Assembly (NCBI RefSeq): GCF_009914755.1
Contig: NC_060930.1
Source: the human T2T-CHM13v2.0 reference genome, Homo sapiens
DNA length: 64,000 nt
Reading direction: 5' to 3' (one strand)
Below are positions 63,741-64,000 of this stretch, piece by piece. How positions within the stretch are numbered: position 1 is the first letter of the stretch; every line of letters starts with the position of its first letter. The notes beneath the pieces were generated by a model. The model was not told the DNA's origin, searched no databases, and saw only the letters and a program-made list of their open reading frames with translations. Position numbers and translations under genes: made by a program.

Positions 63741-64000
63741 TGTGTGTGTGTGTATATATAAACATATATATATTTTAAGGACATTAAAAAAATCAAGGGA
63801 GAGGAAAAAGTCTCATTTTCTTCTATAGGTTGGCTAGGTTAAAAAAAAAGTTTCAGGGTGGTCTTTTGTAGTCAGTTTTGTTCTTATATGTGATATTTCT
63901 AGTGAGAAAGCAATAACAAAAACAACAAAGAAACTAAATTTTTTTGAATGGTAACTAGTATGAGCAGTATCTTTCTGGGCTGGCAGTGGAGGCTGTAGAG

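Overview
AT-rich, CpG-poor primate (most likely human) intergenic or deep-intronic DNA. I find no protein-coding exon, RNA gene or CpG island that I can recognise, and I cannot name the locus. Much of the window is interspersed repeat: a near-full-length ~7 kb minus-strand L1MA-type LINE (19542-26585), several L1 3' fragments, 7 complete Alus plus 2 partial AluJ pieces, MaLR/ERVL LTRs (MLT1, MLT2, THE1, LTR18A), DNA-transposon fossils (Tigger4b, MER45, Tigger3b, Tigger2a, MADE1, MER5A, Charlie), L2/MIR remnants and microsatellites. The ORF track is explained by L1/Alu/LTR remnants or chance. I see no direct evidence of a new biological system. The best leads are: (i) a solo LTR18A with intact AP-1, PAR-bZIP and E-box motifs; (ii) a MADE1 hairpin of the miR-548/SETMAR type; (iii) several well-formed + strand splice-site pairs, including a perfect donor at the end of an MLT1B LTR, which could mark a spliced lncRNA; (iv) a three-level LTR nest with TSDs; (v) several local duplication, fold-back and templated-insertion scars. 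All repeat subfamily names come from recalled consensus sequences and should be confirmed with RepeatMasker/Dfam.
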